From contig NC_000964.3 of assembly GCF_000009045.1 (NCBI RefSeq), positions 420,001 through 452,000 on the forward strand: DNA of 32,000 nt. The letters run 5' to 3'. This DNA is from Bacillus subtilis subsp. subtilis str. 168. GTDB lineage: Bacteria; Bacillota; Bacilli; Bacillales; Bacillaceae. Shown here in pieces: positions 1-8,830 of the stretch. The stretch's first letter is position 1; the number at the start of each line of letters is the position of its first letter. Made by a program: the position numbers and the translations under genes. The notes beneath the pieces are model-generated. The model had not been told where the DNA came from. It was given only the letters and a program-made list of their open reading frames with translations, and did no database searches.

Positions 1-109
1 CTTTTAGTGTCTATCTTTGGCGGAGAAGTTATACCGCATCTAACCCTAATGCATAATCTCAATTTTAAAAGGAAGAATATGAGAAAACGACAAGGAAAGG
101 TATTTGTGT

Positions 110-1744
110 ATGCCTTTATTTTCTAAGCGAAAGAACAATACCGATTCAAAAGACAAGCAGAATACAGACGAAAGGAATCAGGAACAGCAGCAAGAAAAAG
201 AAAGGCCGGTTCTCATTTCTCCAAGTTTAGCAAAGAATATAGCGGAAACGAAAAAGGAAGTCGGAAGCAGCTCTGACGTCATCATTCGCGAGATTAAAAT
301 CGGGGAGCAGGATCATGTCCACCTAGCTGTTATCTATATTTCTGGGCTGGTCGATAATAACACGATCCATGAGTCGTTAATTGACCCATTGGTACAGGAT
401 GAGTCTATCCAGAATACTCATGCGATCCAGCAAATTCTTGAAAAAACGCTCCCGCTGGGCGGGGTGAAAGCGGAAAAGAGCTGGGACAAGCTTTTTTCCG
501 AGTTAATGCTTGGCAATGCGCTCATTTTTGCTGATGGCCATGATGAAGCTTTGATTTGCAGCACTCAAGGGGGAGAGCAGCGCTCCATCCAAGAGCCGAG
601 CACCCAGGTGTCATTCCGCGGCCCGCGCCAAGGGTTTACAGAGTCTCTGCAAACCAATATTTCCATGATCCGGCGATACATTAAAAATCCGAATTTATGG
701 GTTGAAAAAATGAAAAAAGGTTCTGTTACGAATACGGATATCGCTCTCATGTACATTCAAGGAATATGTGATGAAAAGGTGCTGAAGGAAGTGAAACAGC
801 GCCTGGAAAAAATAGATATTGACAGTATTTTGGAATCTGGATATATTGAGCAGCTGATTGAAGATGAAACCTTTACGACGTTTCCGACTATGTATCATAC
901 AGAACGCCCTGATGTTGTAGCGGGTAATCTGTTAGAAGGAAGATTCGCGATTATTGTGGACGGAACACCGTTTGTGCTTATTGCCCCAGCCTTATTTGTC
1001 CAGTTTTTTCAGTCTGTTGAGGATTATTATTCGCGTTTTGACATTGCGACAAGCATAAGAATTCTTCGTGTTTTAGTCTTTTTCATTTCGCTTGTGGCAC
1101 CAGCTGTATACGTGGCAGCCACGACGTTTCATCAAGAAATGATACCGACTCAGCTGTTAGTGGTCATTGCGGCCCAGCGGGAAATTGTCCCGTTTCCGGC
1201 TGTTGTGGAGGCGCTGACGATGGAGGTTGCTTTTGAGATTCTGAGGGAAGCGGGAGTCAGGCTGCCCCGGGTTGTCGGCTCGGCAGTGTCAATCGTAGGC
1301 GCGCTCGTAATCGGCCAGGCTGCCGTACAGGCTGGTATCGTCTCTCCGGCAATGGTGATTATCGTGGCACTCACCGCGATTGCGAGCTTCGCAACACCGG
1401 CGTTTGCAATGGCGATTTCAGCCCGGCTTATTCGGTTTATCTTTATTATTGCCTCAGCTGTTATGGGTTTTTACGGGCTGATTTTAGGGATCATTATGAT
1501 GTTTGTCCACTTATGCAGTCTTCGTTCATTCGGCGTTCCATATATGTCGCCGCTTGCACCTTTTTCTTCACAAGGCGTAAAGGACGCGCTTTTCCGGGTT
1601 CCGTGGTGGGCCGATGAAAAAAGGCCGGAATCGGTCAGCAAGGAAGATAAGGTGCGGCAGGGGAAAGATCAACGCCCAGAGCCGGCCGCTTCACGAGGAA
1701 TGGTGAACAAAGATTTGGAAGAAGGGGATCAGAATGGTACGTAA
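110..1744 (+). CDS. gerKA: Spore germinant receptor subunit A (GerA/GerABKA family)
   Basis: The track ORF begins at TTG 104, but ATG 110 (MPLFSKRKNN) lies after AGGAAAGG (93-100) and gives 544 aa. GerA-type hydrophobic C-terminal half (FFISLVAPAVYVAATTFHQEMIPTQLLVVIAAQREIVPFP). Followed by KC and KB genes in operon order. Confidence 0.95.
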   Translation: MPLFSKRKNNTDSKDKQNTDERNQEQQQEKERPVLISPSLAKNIAETKKEVGSSSDVIIREIKIGEQDHVHLAVIYISGLVDNNTIHESLIDPLVQDESIQNTHAIQQILEKTLPLGGVKAEKSWDKLFSELMLGNALIFADGHDEALICSTQGGEQRSIQEPSTQVSFRGPRQGFTESLQTNISMIRRYIKNPNLWVEKMKKGSVTNTDIALMYIQGICDEKVLKEVKQRLEKIDIDSILESGYIEQLIEDETFTTFPTMYHTERPDVVAGNLLEGRFAIIVDGTPFVLIAPALFVQFFQSVEDYYSRFDIATSIRILRVLVFFISLVAPAVYVAATTFHQEMIPTQLLVVIAAQREIVPFPAVVEALTMEVAFEILREAGVRLPRVVGSAVSIVGALVIGQAAVQAGIVSPAMVIIVALTAIASFATPAFAMAISARLIRFIFIIASAVMGFYGLILGIIMMFVHLCSLRSFGVPYMSPLAPFSSQGVKDALFRVPWWADEKRPESVSKEDKVRQGKDQRPEPAASRGMVNKDLEEGDQNGT

Positions 1745-2957
1745 ATGTCTATTAGCCGTTCTCATGCTTTTGAGCGTCATTGTGCTGCCCGGCTGCTGGG
1801 ATAAGCGGGAGCTGACGGATCTTGCGATTATCTCGGCGATTGGCATCGATCGGACAAACGACAGCAACTACGTGCTGCATCTTCAAATTATCAATCCAGG
1901 AAATGTTGCCGGCGGCCTTCAGGGAGGCGGTGCTGGAGACAGGCCGCCTGTATCTGTCTATTCGATTGAAGGTAACAATATAACGGAAGCACTCAGAAAA
2001 GCCTCCATGAAGGTATCACGGCGGCTTTATTTTGCCCATACCAATCTAGTCGTGATCAATGAAAAGCTGGCAAAAGAAGAAGGTTTGGATTTTGTATTAG
2101 ATAATCTTGACCGGGACACAGAATTCAGGACAACAGCAACATTCGTCGTTGCCCATAAAACAAAAGCAGAAAATATTGTGAAAATCTTGACGCCGATTGA
2201 TAAAATTCCGTCAAATAAAGTCAATAAAACACTCGATTTCACGGAGGCACAATACGGGCGGGTGGTCAAAATCAATATTCAGGACGTTTTGAAAACACTT
2301 GCCGCCAACACTATGGCACCGGTCATCCCCGGATATATGATGATTGGTGACGATAAAAAAGGAGTCAGCATGGAAAACACGCAGGCGACTGACCCGAAAG
2401 CCATTCTTCAGGCAGATGGTTTGGCGGTTTTTGATAAGGCAGGATATTTAAAGTATTGGCTGGAAGATGATGAAAGCGTGGGGGCAGTCTGGCTTATGAA
2501 TAAGATCCAGCATACGTTTATTAATGCTGACTGGGGCAAGACGAAGGATGCGGTCAGCTTGCAGGTTACCCATCAAGATACAAAGCTGGTACCGAAAATG
2601 CGGAACGGACGCCCGTACATCCATGTGAAAGTGTCGGTTGAAGGTATTATAGATGCTGTCAAATACCCTTTCCAATTGTCTGATCCCAAGGTGCTGGCCG
2701 CTATTGAAAAAGCGCTCAACAAAGAGCTTGAAAAGGAAATCAGCCATACTGTGAAAAAGATTAAGAAGAATAAAATAGATTTTATCGGTTTTGGTGACAC
2801 GATATATAGAAAGTATCCGGAGCAGTGGGAGAAAATGAAGGACACTTGGGACAAAGAATATTTGCCGGAACTGCCCATCGATGTGAAGGCCGAGACGTAT
2901 ATCAGAAGGACGGGATTGCGAAACAATCCGATCAAACACCAGTTTAAAGATGATTAG
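1734..2957 (+). CDS. gerKC: Spore germinant receptor lipoprotein subunit C
   Basis: 407 aa with lipobox-like VLPGC and typical GerC opening (WDKRELTDLAIISAIGIDR). Overlaps the gerKA 3' end by 11 nt. Confidence 0.95.
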   Translation: MVRKCLLAVLMLLSVIVLPGCWDKRELTDLAIISAIGIDRTNDSNYVLHLQIINPGNVAGGLQGGGAGDRPPVSVYSIEGNNITEALRKASMKVSRRLYFAHTNLVVINEKLAKEEGLDFVLDNLDRDTEFRTTATFVVAHKTKAENIVKILTPIDKIPSNKVNKTLDFTEAQYGRVVKINIQDVLKTLAANTMAPVIPGYMMIGDDKKGVSMENTQATDPKAILQADGLAVFDKAGYLKYWLEDDESVGAVWLMNKIQHTFINADWGKTKDAVSLQVTHQDTKLVPKMRNGRPYIHVKVSVEGIIDAVKYPFQLSDPKVLAAIEKALNKELEKEISHTVKKIKKNKIDFIGFGDTIYRKYPEQWEKMKDTWDKEYLPELPIDVKAETYIRRTGLRNNPIKHQFKDD

Positions 2958-2981
2958 GTCTGAAGAAAGGGGAAGTGACAG

Positions 2982-4103
2982 ATGGAAAAAGCCAGAATAA
3001 GCATAAGGCAGTTGTTTGTCATGATTATCATTTTTGAACTGGGCAGCTCCTTATTGATTACACCGGGATCAATGGCGGGCAGGGATGCTTGGATAGCAGT
3101 TTTATTAGGCTGTGCGATCGGACTGTTTCTTTTCTATTTGTATCAAGGCATTTATCAATGTTATCCGAATTCTTCTCCGAAAGAATATATGGATGATATG
3201 CTGGGAACCAAGCTGAGCTGGCTGTTTTCATTTCTCTATATCTTGTACTTTGCCTATATTGCCGCAAGGGTGCTGCGTGACTTTGGAGAAATGCTGCTGA
3301 CGTTTGCTTATCATGATACACCTATCATTATTGTAAATGCTTTATTAATGGTAGTAAGCATATATGCCGTAAGAAAAGGAATTGAAGTACTCGCACGCGC
3401 GGCCGAACTTCTTTTCGGGGCCATGTATTTACTGGGCGCGATCGGCCTTGTGCTGATTATTGTCTCAGGGACTATAGACCCGCACAATTTAAAGCCGGTT
3501 TTGGCAAACGGCATTTCTCCTGTCCTTCACTCTGTTTTCACACAGACCATGTACGTTCCATTTGGTGAAGTTGTTTTATTTGTGATGATTTTCCCTAACC
3601 TGAATGACAGAAAAGATGTGAAAAAAATGGGGATGATCGCCATGGCTATTAGCGGATTGATTGTGGCGCTCACCGTGGCGATTAATATTAGCGTGCTTGA
3701 TGTTGATCTTACACTCAGATCCCAGTTTCCGCTTTTAAGCACGATCCAGACAATCAAGGTCGAAGAATTTTTAGACCGGCTCGATGTCTTTTTTATGCTG
3801 GCGCTGATCATCGGCGGCTTCTTTAAGGTCAGCCTCTACTTATATGCCACTGTGGTTGGGACATCTACGCTCTTTAAGGAAAAGAACCCCTCTCAATTGG
3901 CTTATCCGATGGGATTGGGCATCTTAATCCTTTCTATAACGATCGCGACTAACTTTTCGGAGCACTTGAATGAAGGCCTGAACGTGGTGCCGCTGTATAT
4001 TCATTTGCCTTTTCAATTATTGTTTCCGCTCTTTCTGTTTATTGTGGCCGTTTGGAAAAAGAAACGAAGAGAGAAGTCAAAAGGGGAGGAAGCAAAAAAA
4101 TGA
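2982..4103 (+). CDS. gerKB: Spore germinant receptor subunit B (APC-like transporter fold)
   Basis: 373 aa multi-TM protein; N-terminus ISIRQLFVMIIIFELGSSLLITPG is typical of GerB/spore permeases. Third gene of the operon. Confidence 0.95.
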   Translation: MEKARISIRQLFVMIIIFELGSSLLITPGSMAGRDAWIAVLLGCAIGLFLFYLYQGIYQCYPNSSPKEYMDDMLGTKLSWLFSFLYILYFAYIAARVLRDFGEMLLTFAYHDTPIIIVNALLMVVSIYAVRKGIEVLARAAELLFGAMYLLGAIGLVLIIVSGTIDPHNLKPVLANGISPVLHSVFTQTMYVPFGEVVLFVMIFPNLNDRKDVKKMGMIAMAISGLIVALTVAINISVLDVDLTLRSQFPLLSTIQTIKVEEFLDRLDVFFMLALIIGGFFKVSLYLYATVVGTSTLFKEKNPSQLAYPMGLGILILSITIATNFSEHLNEGLNVVPLYIHLPFQLLFPLFLFIVAVWKKKRREKSKGEEAKK

Positions 4104-4104
4104 T

Positions 4105-4139
4105 AAAAAGAGCGGGGGGATGCGGCCGCCGCTCTTTTT
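4105..4139. terminator. Bidirectional intrinsic terminator between convergent gerKB and yclH
   Basis: AAAAAGAGCGG (4105-4115) is complementary to CCGCTCTTTTT (4129-4139): A-tract, GC stem, T-tract, loop 13 nt. Confidence 0.85.
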
Positions 4140-4207
4140 ATGTTCACTTCTATATAAAAGGGGGATATAGGGTGCGCCCCTGTCTGCACTGGCAGAGGCG
4201 CGTTTTG

Positions 4208-4888
4208 TTATACGACTGCGACGTTTTCCTTCACAGTAAAACTTCCTCTTGAAAGTCTGATATTGATGTCTGACACTTTTGCAATTTGTTCATCGTGCGT
4301 CACCATAATGACGCATTTATCTTCCTTGTGCGCCAGATCCTGAAAGAGCCGTACGATCTCTTTTGATGTGTCCTCATCAAGGTTTCCGGTCGGTTCATCG
4401 GCTACGATAAGATCCGTGTCACAGCAGAAAGCCCTTGTAATTGATACCCGCTGCTGCTGTCCGCCGCTCAGTGTGAGCACTTTTTGCCGGGCTTGTTTTT
4501 CGTTGATGCCAACCTTCTGCAGCATGTCAAGCGCATATGATTCTTTGTTCTTTTCTTTAGAACCTGTGATTTCCATAGCGGTTGTGACGTTCTGCAAAGC
4601 CGTCATATACGGGAGCAGGTTGTACGCCTGAAAGACGATTGATACATATTGATTTCTGAAATTGGTTAAGCCGATTTTAGAAACCGCTTTTCCGTCGTAA
4701 AGGATGTTTCCTTCTTTTGGTGCGTCAAGTCCGCCTGCCAGAGACAGGAAAGTGGTTTTCCCCGTCCCTGATGTTCCGACGATTGTGTAGAATTTTCCTT
4801 TTTGAAAGCTGATGTTAATATCCTGAAACAATGGCTGGCTTTTGTTTTTATACCAGTAGCCGACTTGTTGAAATTGTAATAAGCTCAT
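4208..4888 (-). CDS. yclH: ABC transporter ATP-binding protein (LolD/MacB type)
   Basis: 226 aa; Walker A GTSGTGKTT, signature LSGGQQQR, Walker B LIVADEPTGNLD; adjacent permease gene. Confidence 0.93.
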   Translation of the reverse strand: MSLLQFQQVGYWYKNKSQPLFQDINISFQKGKFYTIVGTSGTGKTTFLSLAGGLDAPKEGNILYDGKAVSKIGLTNFRNQYVSIVFQAYNLLPYMTALQNVTTAMEITGSKEKNKESYALDMLQKVGINEKQARQKVLTLSGGQQQRVSITRAFCCDTDLIVADEPTGNLDEDTSKEIVRLFQDLAHKEDKCVIMVTHDEQIAKVSDINIRLSRGSFTVKENVAVV

Positions 4889-4903
4889 AGGTTCCGCCTC
4901 TTT

Positions 4904-6364
4904 CTATTCCTGTTTTGTCAATATCGTTTTCGGATGAAGCCGCAGTACTGAAATTGACGGCAGCAATGTTGCAATGATTGCGATTAGGATGCCGATCCCG
5001 CCAAGTATAAGCATGTCGTTCATAGAAACCGCGACGTTCAGTGAATCGATAACGTCCACGTTGGATGAACTGTGGCCGAACATTTTGCCGCCCATGCCGC
5101 CACCGCCGCCGGGCATTTGTCCGCTTGCGGTTTGCGTTGAATCGGTTGATGAACTGATTTGCTGGGATAAAAGCTGATTTCCAAGCTGATTCGCGACGAG
5201 ATTTCCCGTCACAGATGCAAGGCCGATAGCGATAACGGCCACAATCAGAATCTCAGTCAAGAACTGTCCAATCAATTTCCATCGTTTTTCACCGATGGCC
5301 ATTAACACGCCCATTTCGTATTTGCGCTCCCTGATTGACATCATGACAATCAGGCCAAGAATGACGGCGCCTGCCACTGATACAAGATACACCACGTTTT
5401 TAGAGAAAGAAGCCACATTTTCAATCGGTCCGACCATTTGCTGGTAAAGCTGATCGTTTGTATTCAGTGTGTACGTATCAAAGTCAATTGATGTTTTCTT
5501 CGCTGCTTTTACGAAAGTATCCATATTTTTCGCGTCGTCCATATAGTAAACAGCTGAGTCAATCGTATTTTTATAGTCGTCGCCTTTCAATGCCGCTGTT
5601 GCTGTGTAAGGCGTATAAAGCTTGTTATAAGGATTTAAGAAAGAGAAATTTTGGGCTTGGTCATCACCTGAAGATGTTGTTTTATAAATACCGACGATCT
5701 TCAGTTTTACTGTTGTATCCTCATCCGTTGCTGATTCAATTGTGATCGAATCGCCAACGCTTAAATCATTTTCTTCCGCTAATGTTTCGTTGATCACTGT
5801 TACTTTTTTGCCGACATCTGATTTTGTAATCGCGCGTCCGTCTGTGATTTTTGAATCTCCGTCAGAGAAATCATCGACTAACGCTGTGCTGATGACACCT
5901 TCAATAGAAAGATCAGCTTGAACCATTTGCGGTCCGCCTTGTCCTCCGCCTTGACTGTTTTTAGCGTTTGAGCTTGAACTGCTGGAGCTGGAATCACTTG
6001 AACTAGAGCTTTCAATCGCATCAAAGTTTCCCGCGTTGGCTGAAGCTGATGTGGTGTAATTGTAGCTCTTCACATGATCAAGCGCTGCAAGCTTATTCGC
6101 ATCAGACACTTTGATCGGTGTGGATTCGAAGCTGCGCTTTTCACCGCTGTCCTGCTGTTTTTCCATTTGCTTTTGGCGGTCAACCTGAAGTGTCACGCTT
6201 CCACCGAGTTCCTGTCTGGCCAGTTCGCTTGACTTTTGTGCTGCCGACTGGATGGCGAGGCCTGATAGAACAAAGACACATATGACTGTAAACACAAATA
6301 ATTGCAATAACGTTTTTCCCTTTTTAGCCTTCATATTCCAAAAGGCCCGTTTGATAAAGTTCAT
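4904..6364 (-). CDS. yclI: ABC transporter permease, FtsX/MacB-like with large extracellular domain
   Basis: 486 aa; N-terminal TM, long extracytoplasmic region with Ser- and Gly-rich tracts, C-terminal FtsX-like TMs (MMSIRERKYEMGVLMAIGEKRW). Confidence 0.93.
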   Translation of the reverse strand: MNFIKRAFWNMKAKKGKTLLQLFVFTVICVFVLSGLAIQSAAQKSSELARQELGGSVTLQVDRQKQMEKQQDSGEKRSFESTPIKVSDANKLAALDHVKSYNYTTSASANAGNFDAIESSSSSDSSSSSSSSNAKNSQGGGQGGPQMVQADLSIEGVISTALVDDFSDGDSKITDGRAITKSDVGKKVTVINETLAEENDLSVGDSITIESATDEDTTVKLKIVGIYKTTSSGDDQAQNFSFLNPYNKLYTPYTATAALKGDDYKNTIDSAVYYMDDAKNMDTFVKAAKKTSIDFDTYTLNTNDQLYQQMVGPIENVASFSKNVVYLVSVAGAVILGLIVMMSIRERKYEMGVLMAIGEKRWKLIGQFLTEILIVAVIAIGLASVTGNLVANQLGNQLLSQQISSSTDSTQTASGQMPGGGGGMGGKMFGHSSSNVDVIDSLNVAVSMNDMLILGGIGILIAIIATLLPSISVLRLHPKTILTKQE

Positions 6365-6576
6365 TTATGTTCCTCCGTATAGGTATTTTTATTGATAAGA
6401 CCGCCTCTGGGGCGCGTCCCCTTGCTGATAAATTAATAGTAGTCCAAAGGTATGAAAAAAATATGAACAATCTATTTCTAGTTGATGAAATAAAAACTAA
6501 CAATTGTGAAACGCAAAACCTTCTGTTTAAAATGGTGCTATTATATAAAAAAGCATCAAAACAACCGGAGGATATA

Positions 6577-7260
6577 ATGAAAATATTAATGATAGAAGAT
6601 AATGTTAGTGTATGTACGATGACGGAGATGTTCTTTTTTAAAGAAGGTTTTGAAGCCGAATTCGTTCATGACGGGTTAGAAGGGTACCAGCGTTTTACGG
6701 AAGAAAATTGGGATCTAATCATTTTGGATATCATGCTTCCATCTATGGACGGCGTGACCATCTGCAGAAAAATAAGAGAGACAAGCACGGTGCCGATTAT
6801 CATGCTGACTGCCAAAGACACTGAATCAGATCAGGTCATCGGTTTTGAGATGGGGGCGGACGATTATGTCACAAAGCCGTTCAGCCCGCTGACATTGGTT
6901 GCCCGCATCAAAGCCGTCATCAGAAGATATAAGGCGACAGGCAAAGCGGTTATTGATGAAGATATGATTGAAACGGAATGCTTTACCATTAATAAGAAGA
7001 CGAGAGAAGTATTATTAAACGGAGAGCCTGTAGAAAATCTCACGCCGAAGGAATTCGATCTGCTTTATTACCTTGTCCAAAATCCGCGGCAGGTGTTCTC
7101 CAGAGAACAGCTGCTTGAGCAGGTATGGGGCTATCAATTTTATGGAGATGAGCGAACGGTTGACGTTCATATCAAACGGCTGCGGAAAAAGCTTGCCAGC
7201 GAGGACAAGCCTTTCCTGTATACTGTGTGGGGAGTAGGGTATAAATTTGATGAAGATTAA
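6577..7260 (+). CDS. yclJ: OmpR-family two-component response regulator
   Basis: The track ORF extends to 6367, but ATG 6577 after CCGGAGG gives 227 aa (MKILMIEDNVSVCTMTEMFF). Receiver domain DLIILDIMLP plus OmpR winged helix (VDVHIKRLRKKL...VWGVGYKF). Confidence 0.93.
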   Translation: MKILMIEDNVSVCTMTEMFFFKEGFEAEFVHDGLEGYQRFTEENWDLIILDIMLPSMDGVTICRKIRETSTVPIIMLTAKDTESDQVIGFEMGADDYVTKPFSPLTLVARIKAVIRRYKATGKAVIDEDMIETECFTINKKTREVLLNGEPVENLTPKEFDLLYYLVQNPRQVFSREQLLEQVWGYQFYGDERTVDVHIKRLRKKLASEDKPFLYTVWGVGYKFDED

Positions 7261-8668
7261 ATATTTATATCAGCTGCTGCTAAGCCATATCAGCATTTTG
7301 ATTTTAGCGTTTGTCATTATCATTTCTCTGTTTTCCCACTTTGTGAAGGAATTTGCCTATCAGAACAAAGTAGAGGAATTGACGTCATATGCGGTGCAGA
7401 TTGCAAATGAATTCCAATCCGGCCAGGTGGACATGCGCAGGCTCTATCCTTATCAGGACATTTTAAGCACAAGAAAGACGCAATTTATCATCTTTAATGA
7501 AGAGCAGCAGCCTTATTTTCTTCCTGAAGGCTTTCATCACCCACCAAGGGAACAGCTGAAGAAATCAGAATGGAATAAGCTGAAAAAAGGGCAGACTGTC
7601 ACGATCAGGGCAGATGGCCGTTTTGATGATGAAGTGTCCCTTGTGGCGCAGCCTATATTTGTTCAGAACGAATTTAAAGGCGCCGTTCTGCTGATTTCTC
7701 CGATCAGCGGTGTTGAACAGATGGTCAATCAGGTCAACCTCTATATGTTTTACGCTGTGATCAGCACGCTTGTGATTACGATTCTTGTGAGCTGGCTTCT
7801 GTCCAAATTCCATGTCAAGCGGATTCAAAAGCTGAGAGAAGCGACAGATAAAGTGGCTTCCGGCGATTATGACATCCATTTGGAAAACAGCTACGGGGAC
7901 GAAATCGGCGTACTGGCGTCTGACTTTAATATCATGGCGAAAAAACTAAAGCAGTCAAGGGATGAAATCGAGCGCCTTGAGAAGCGGAGAAGGCAGTTTA
8001 TCGCTGACGTGTCACATGAATTAAAAACACCGCTGACGACGATCAACGGTTTGGTTGAAGGGTTGAACAGCCATACGATTCCTGAGGATAAAAAGGATAA
8101 ATGCTTCTCGCTGATCAGTGAGGAAACGAAGCGCATGCTGCGGCTCGTAAAAGAAAATCTGGATTATGAAAAAATCAGATCCCAGCAAATTACCTTGAAC
8201 AAGCTAGACGTTCCTCTGATCGAGGTGTTTGAAATCGTGAAAGAGCACTTGCAGCAGCAGGCGGAAGAAAAACAAAACAAGCTGATGATCCAAGTAGAGG
8301 ATCACGTCATCGTACATGCCGATTATGACCGGTTCATTCAAATTCTCGTCAACATTACGAAAAACAGCATCCAATTTACGCAAAACGGTGACATTTGGCT
8401 GCGCGGAATGGAAGGTTATAAAGAGACGATTATTGAAATTGAAGACACGGGTATCGGCATTCCAAAAGAGGATATTGAGCATATTTGGGAGCGATTCTAT
8501 AAAGCAGATATTTCAAGAACGAACACAGCATACGGTGAATACGGACTCGGTCTCTCGATCGTCAGGCAGCTCGTTGAAATGCACCAGGGCACAGTAGAAA
8601 TCAAGAGTGAAGAAGGGAAAGGCACAAAGTTCATCATCCGCCTTCCTTTAACGGCAAAACAGCAATAG
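7247..8668 (+). CDS. yclK: Two-component sensor histidine kinase
   Basis: HAMP region, H-box FIADVSHELKTPLTTI, ATPase motifs DTGIGIPKEDI and GLGLSIVRQL. Overlaps the yclJ stop; start is TTG 7247 or ATG 7250. Confidence 0.93.
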   Translation: MMKIKYLYQLLLSHISILILAFVIIISLFSHFVKEFAYQNKVEELTSYAVQIANEFQSGQVDMRRLYPYQDILSTRKTQFIIFNEEQQPYFLPEGFHHPPREQLKKSEWNKLKKGQTVTIRADGRFDDEVSLVAQPIFVQNEFKGAVLLISPISGVEQMVNQVNLYMFYAVISTLVITILVSWLLSKFHVKRIQKLREATDKVASGDYDIHLENSYGDEIGVLASDFNIMAKKLKQSRDEIERLEKRRRQFIADVSHELKTPLTTINGLVEGLNSHTIPEDKKDKCFSLISEETKRMLRLVKENLDYEKIRSQQITLNKLDVPLIEVFEIVKEHLQQQAEEKQNKLMIQVEDHVIVHADYDRFIQILVNITKNSIQFTQNGDIWLRGMEGYKETIIEIEDTGIGIPKEDIEHIWERFYKADISRTNTAYGEYGLGLSIVRQLVEMHQGTVEIKSEEGKGTKFIIRLPLTAKQQ

Positions 8669-8675
8669 CATACAG

Positions 8676-8708
8676 GGCGGCGCATCAACTGATGCATCCG
8701 CCTTTTTT
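8676..8708 (+). terminator. Intrinsic terminator of yclJK
   Basis: GGCGGCGCATCAACTGATGCATCCGCC hairpin followed by TTTTTT. Confidence 0.75.
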
Positions 8709-8726
8709 GCACACCGCTTCGGTTTA

Positions 8727-8765
8727 TTGCGTGCTCCCGAAAACAAAGATTGCGTGTTTTTCGGG
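8727..8765 (+). promoter_or_regulatory. Two ComA-box-like sites upstream of rapC
   Basis: TTGCGTGCTCCCGAAA (8727-8742) and TTGCGTGTTTTTCGGG (8750-8765), each resembling TTGCGG-N4-CCGCAA. They sit just upstream of a possible TTGGGA (8766) / TAAAAT (8788) promoter. Confidence 0.8.
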
Positions 8766-8830
8766 TTGGGACGGCCTATAAACATGATAAAATATGACAT
8801 AAACAGTTTTTGATGGGAGAGGGTGAAGGA

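Noticed and set aside
4122-4129. NotI site GCGGCCGC near gerKB, possible sign of a cloning junction
   Set aside because: It is embedded in a natural bidirectional terminator hairpin between recognisable native genes; no vector or marker sequence is nearby.
4052-4252. 66-aa plus-strand ORF after gerKB
   Set aside because: It overlaps the gerKB end, runs through the terminator hairpins and enters the yclH 3' end. No plausible protein features.
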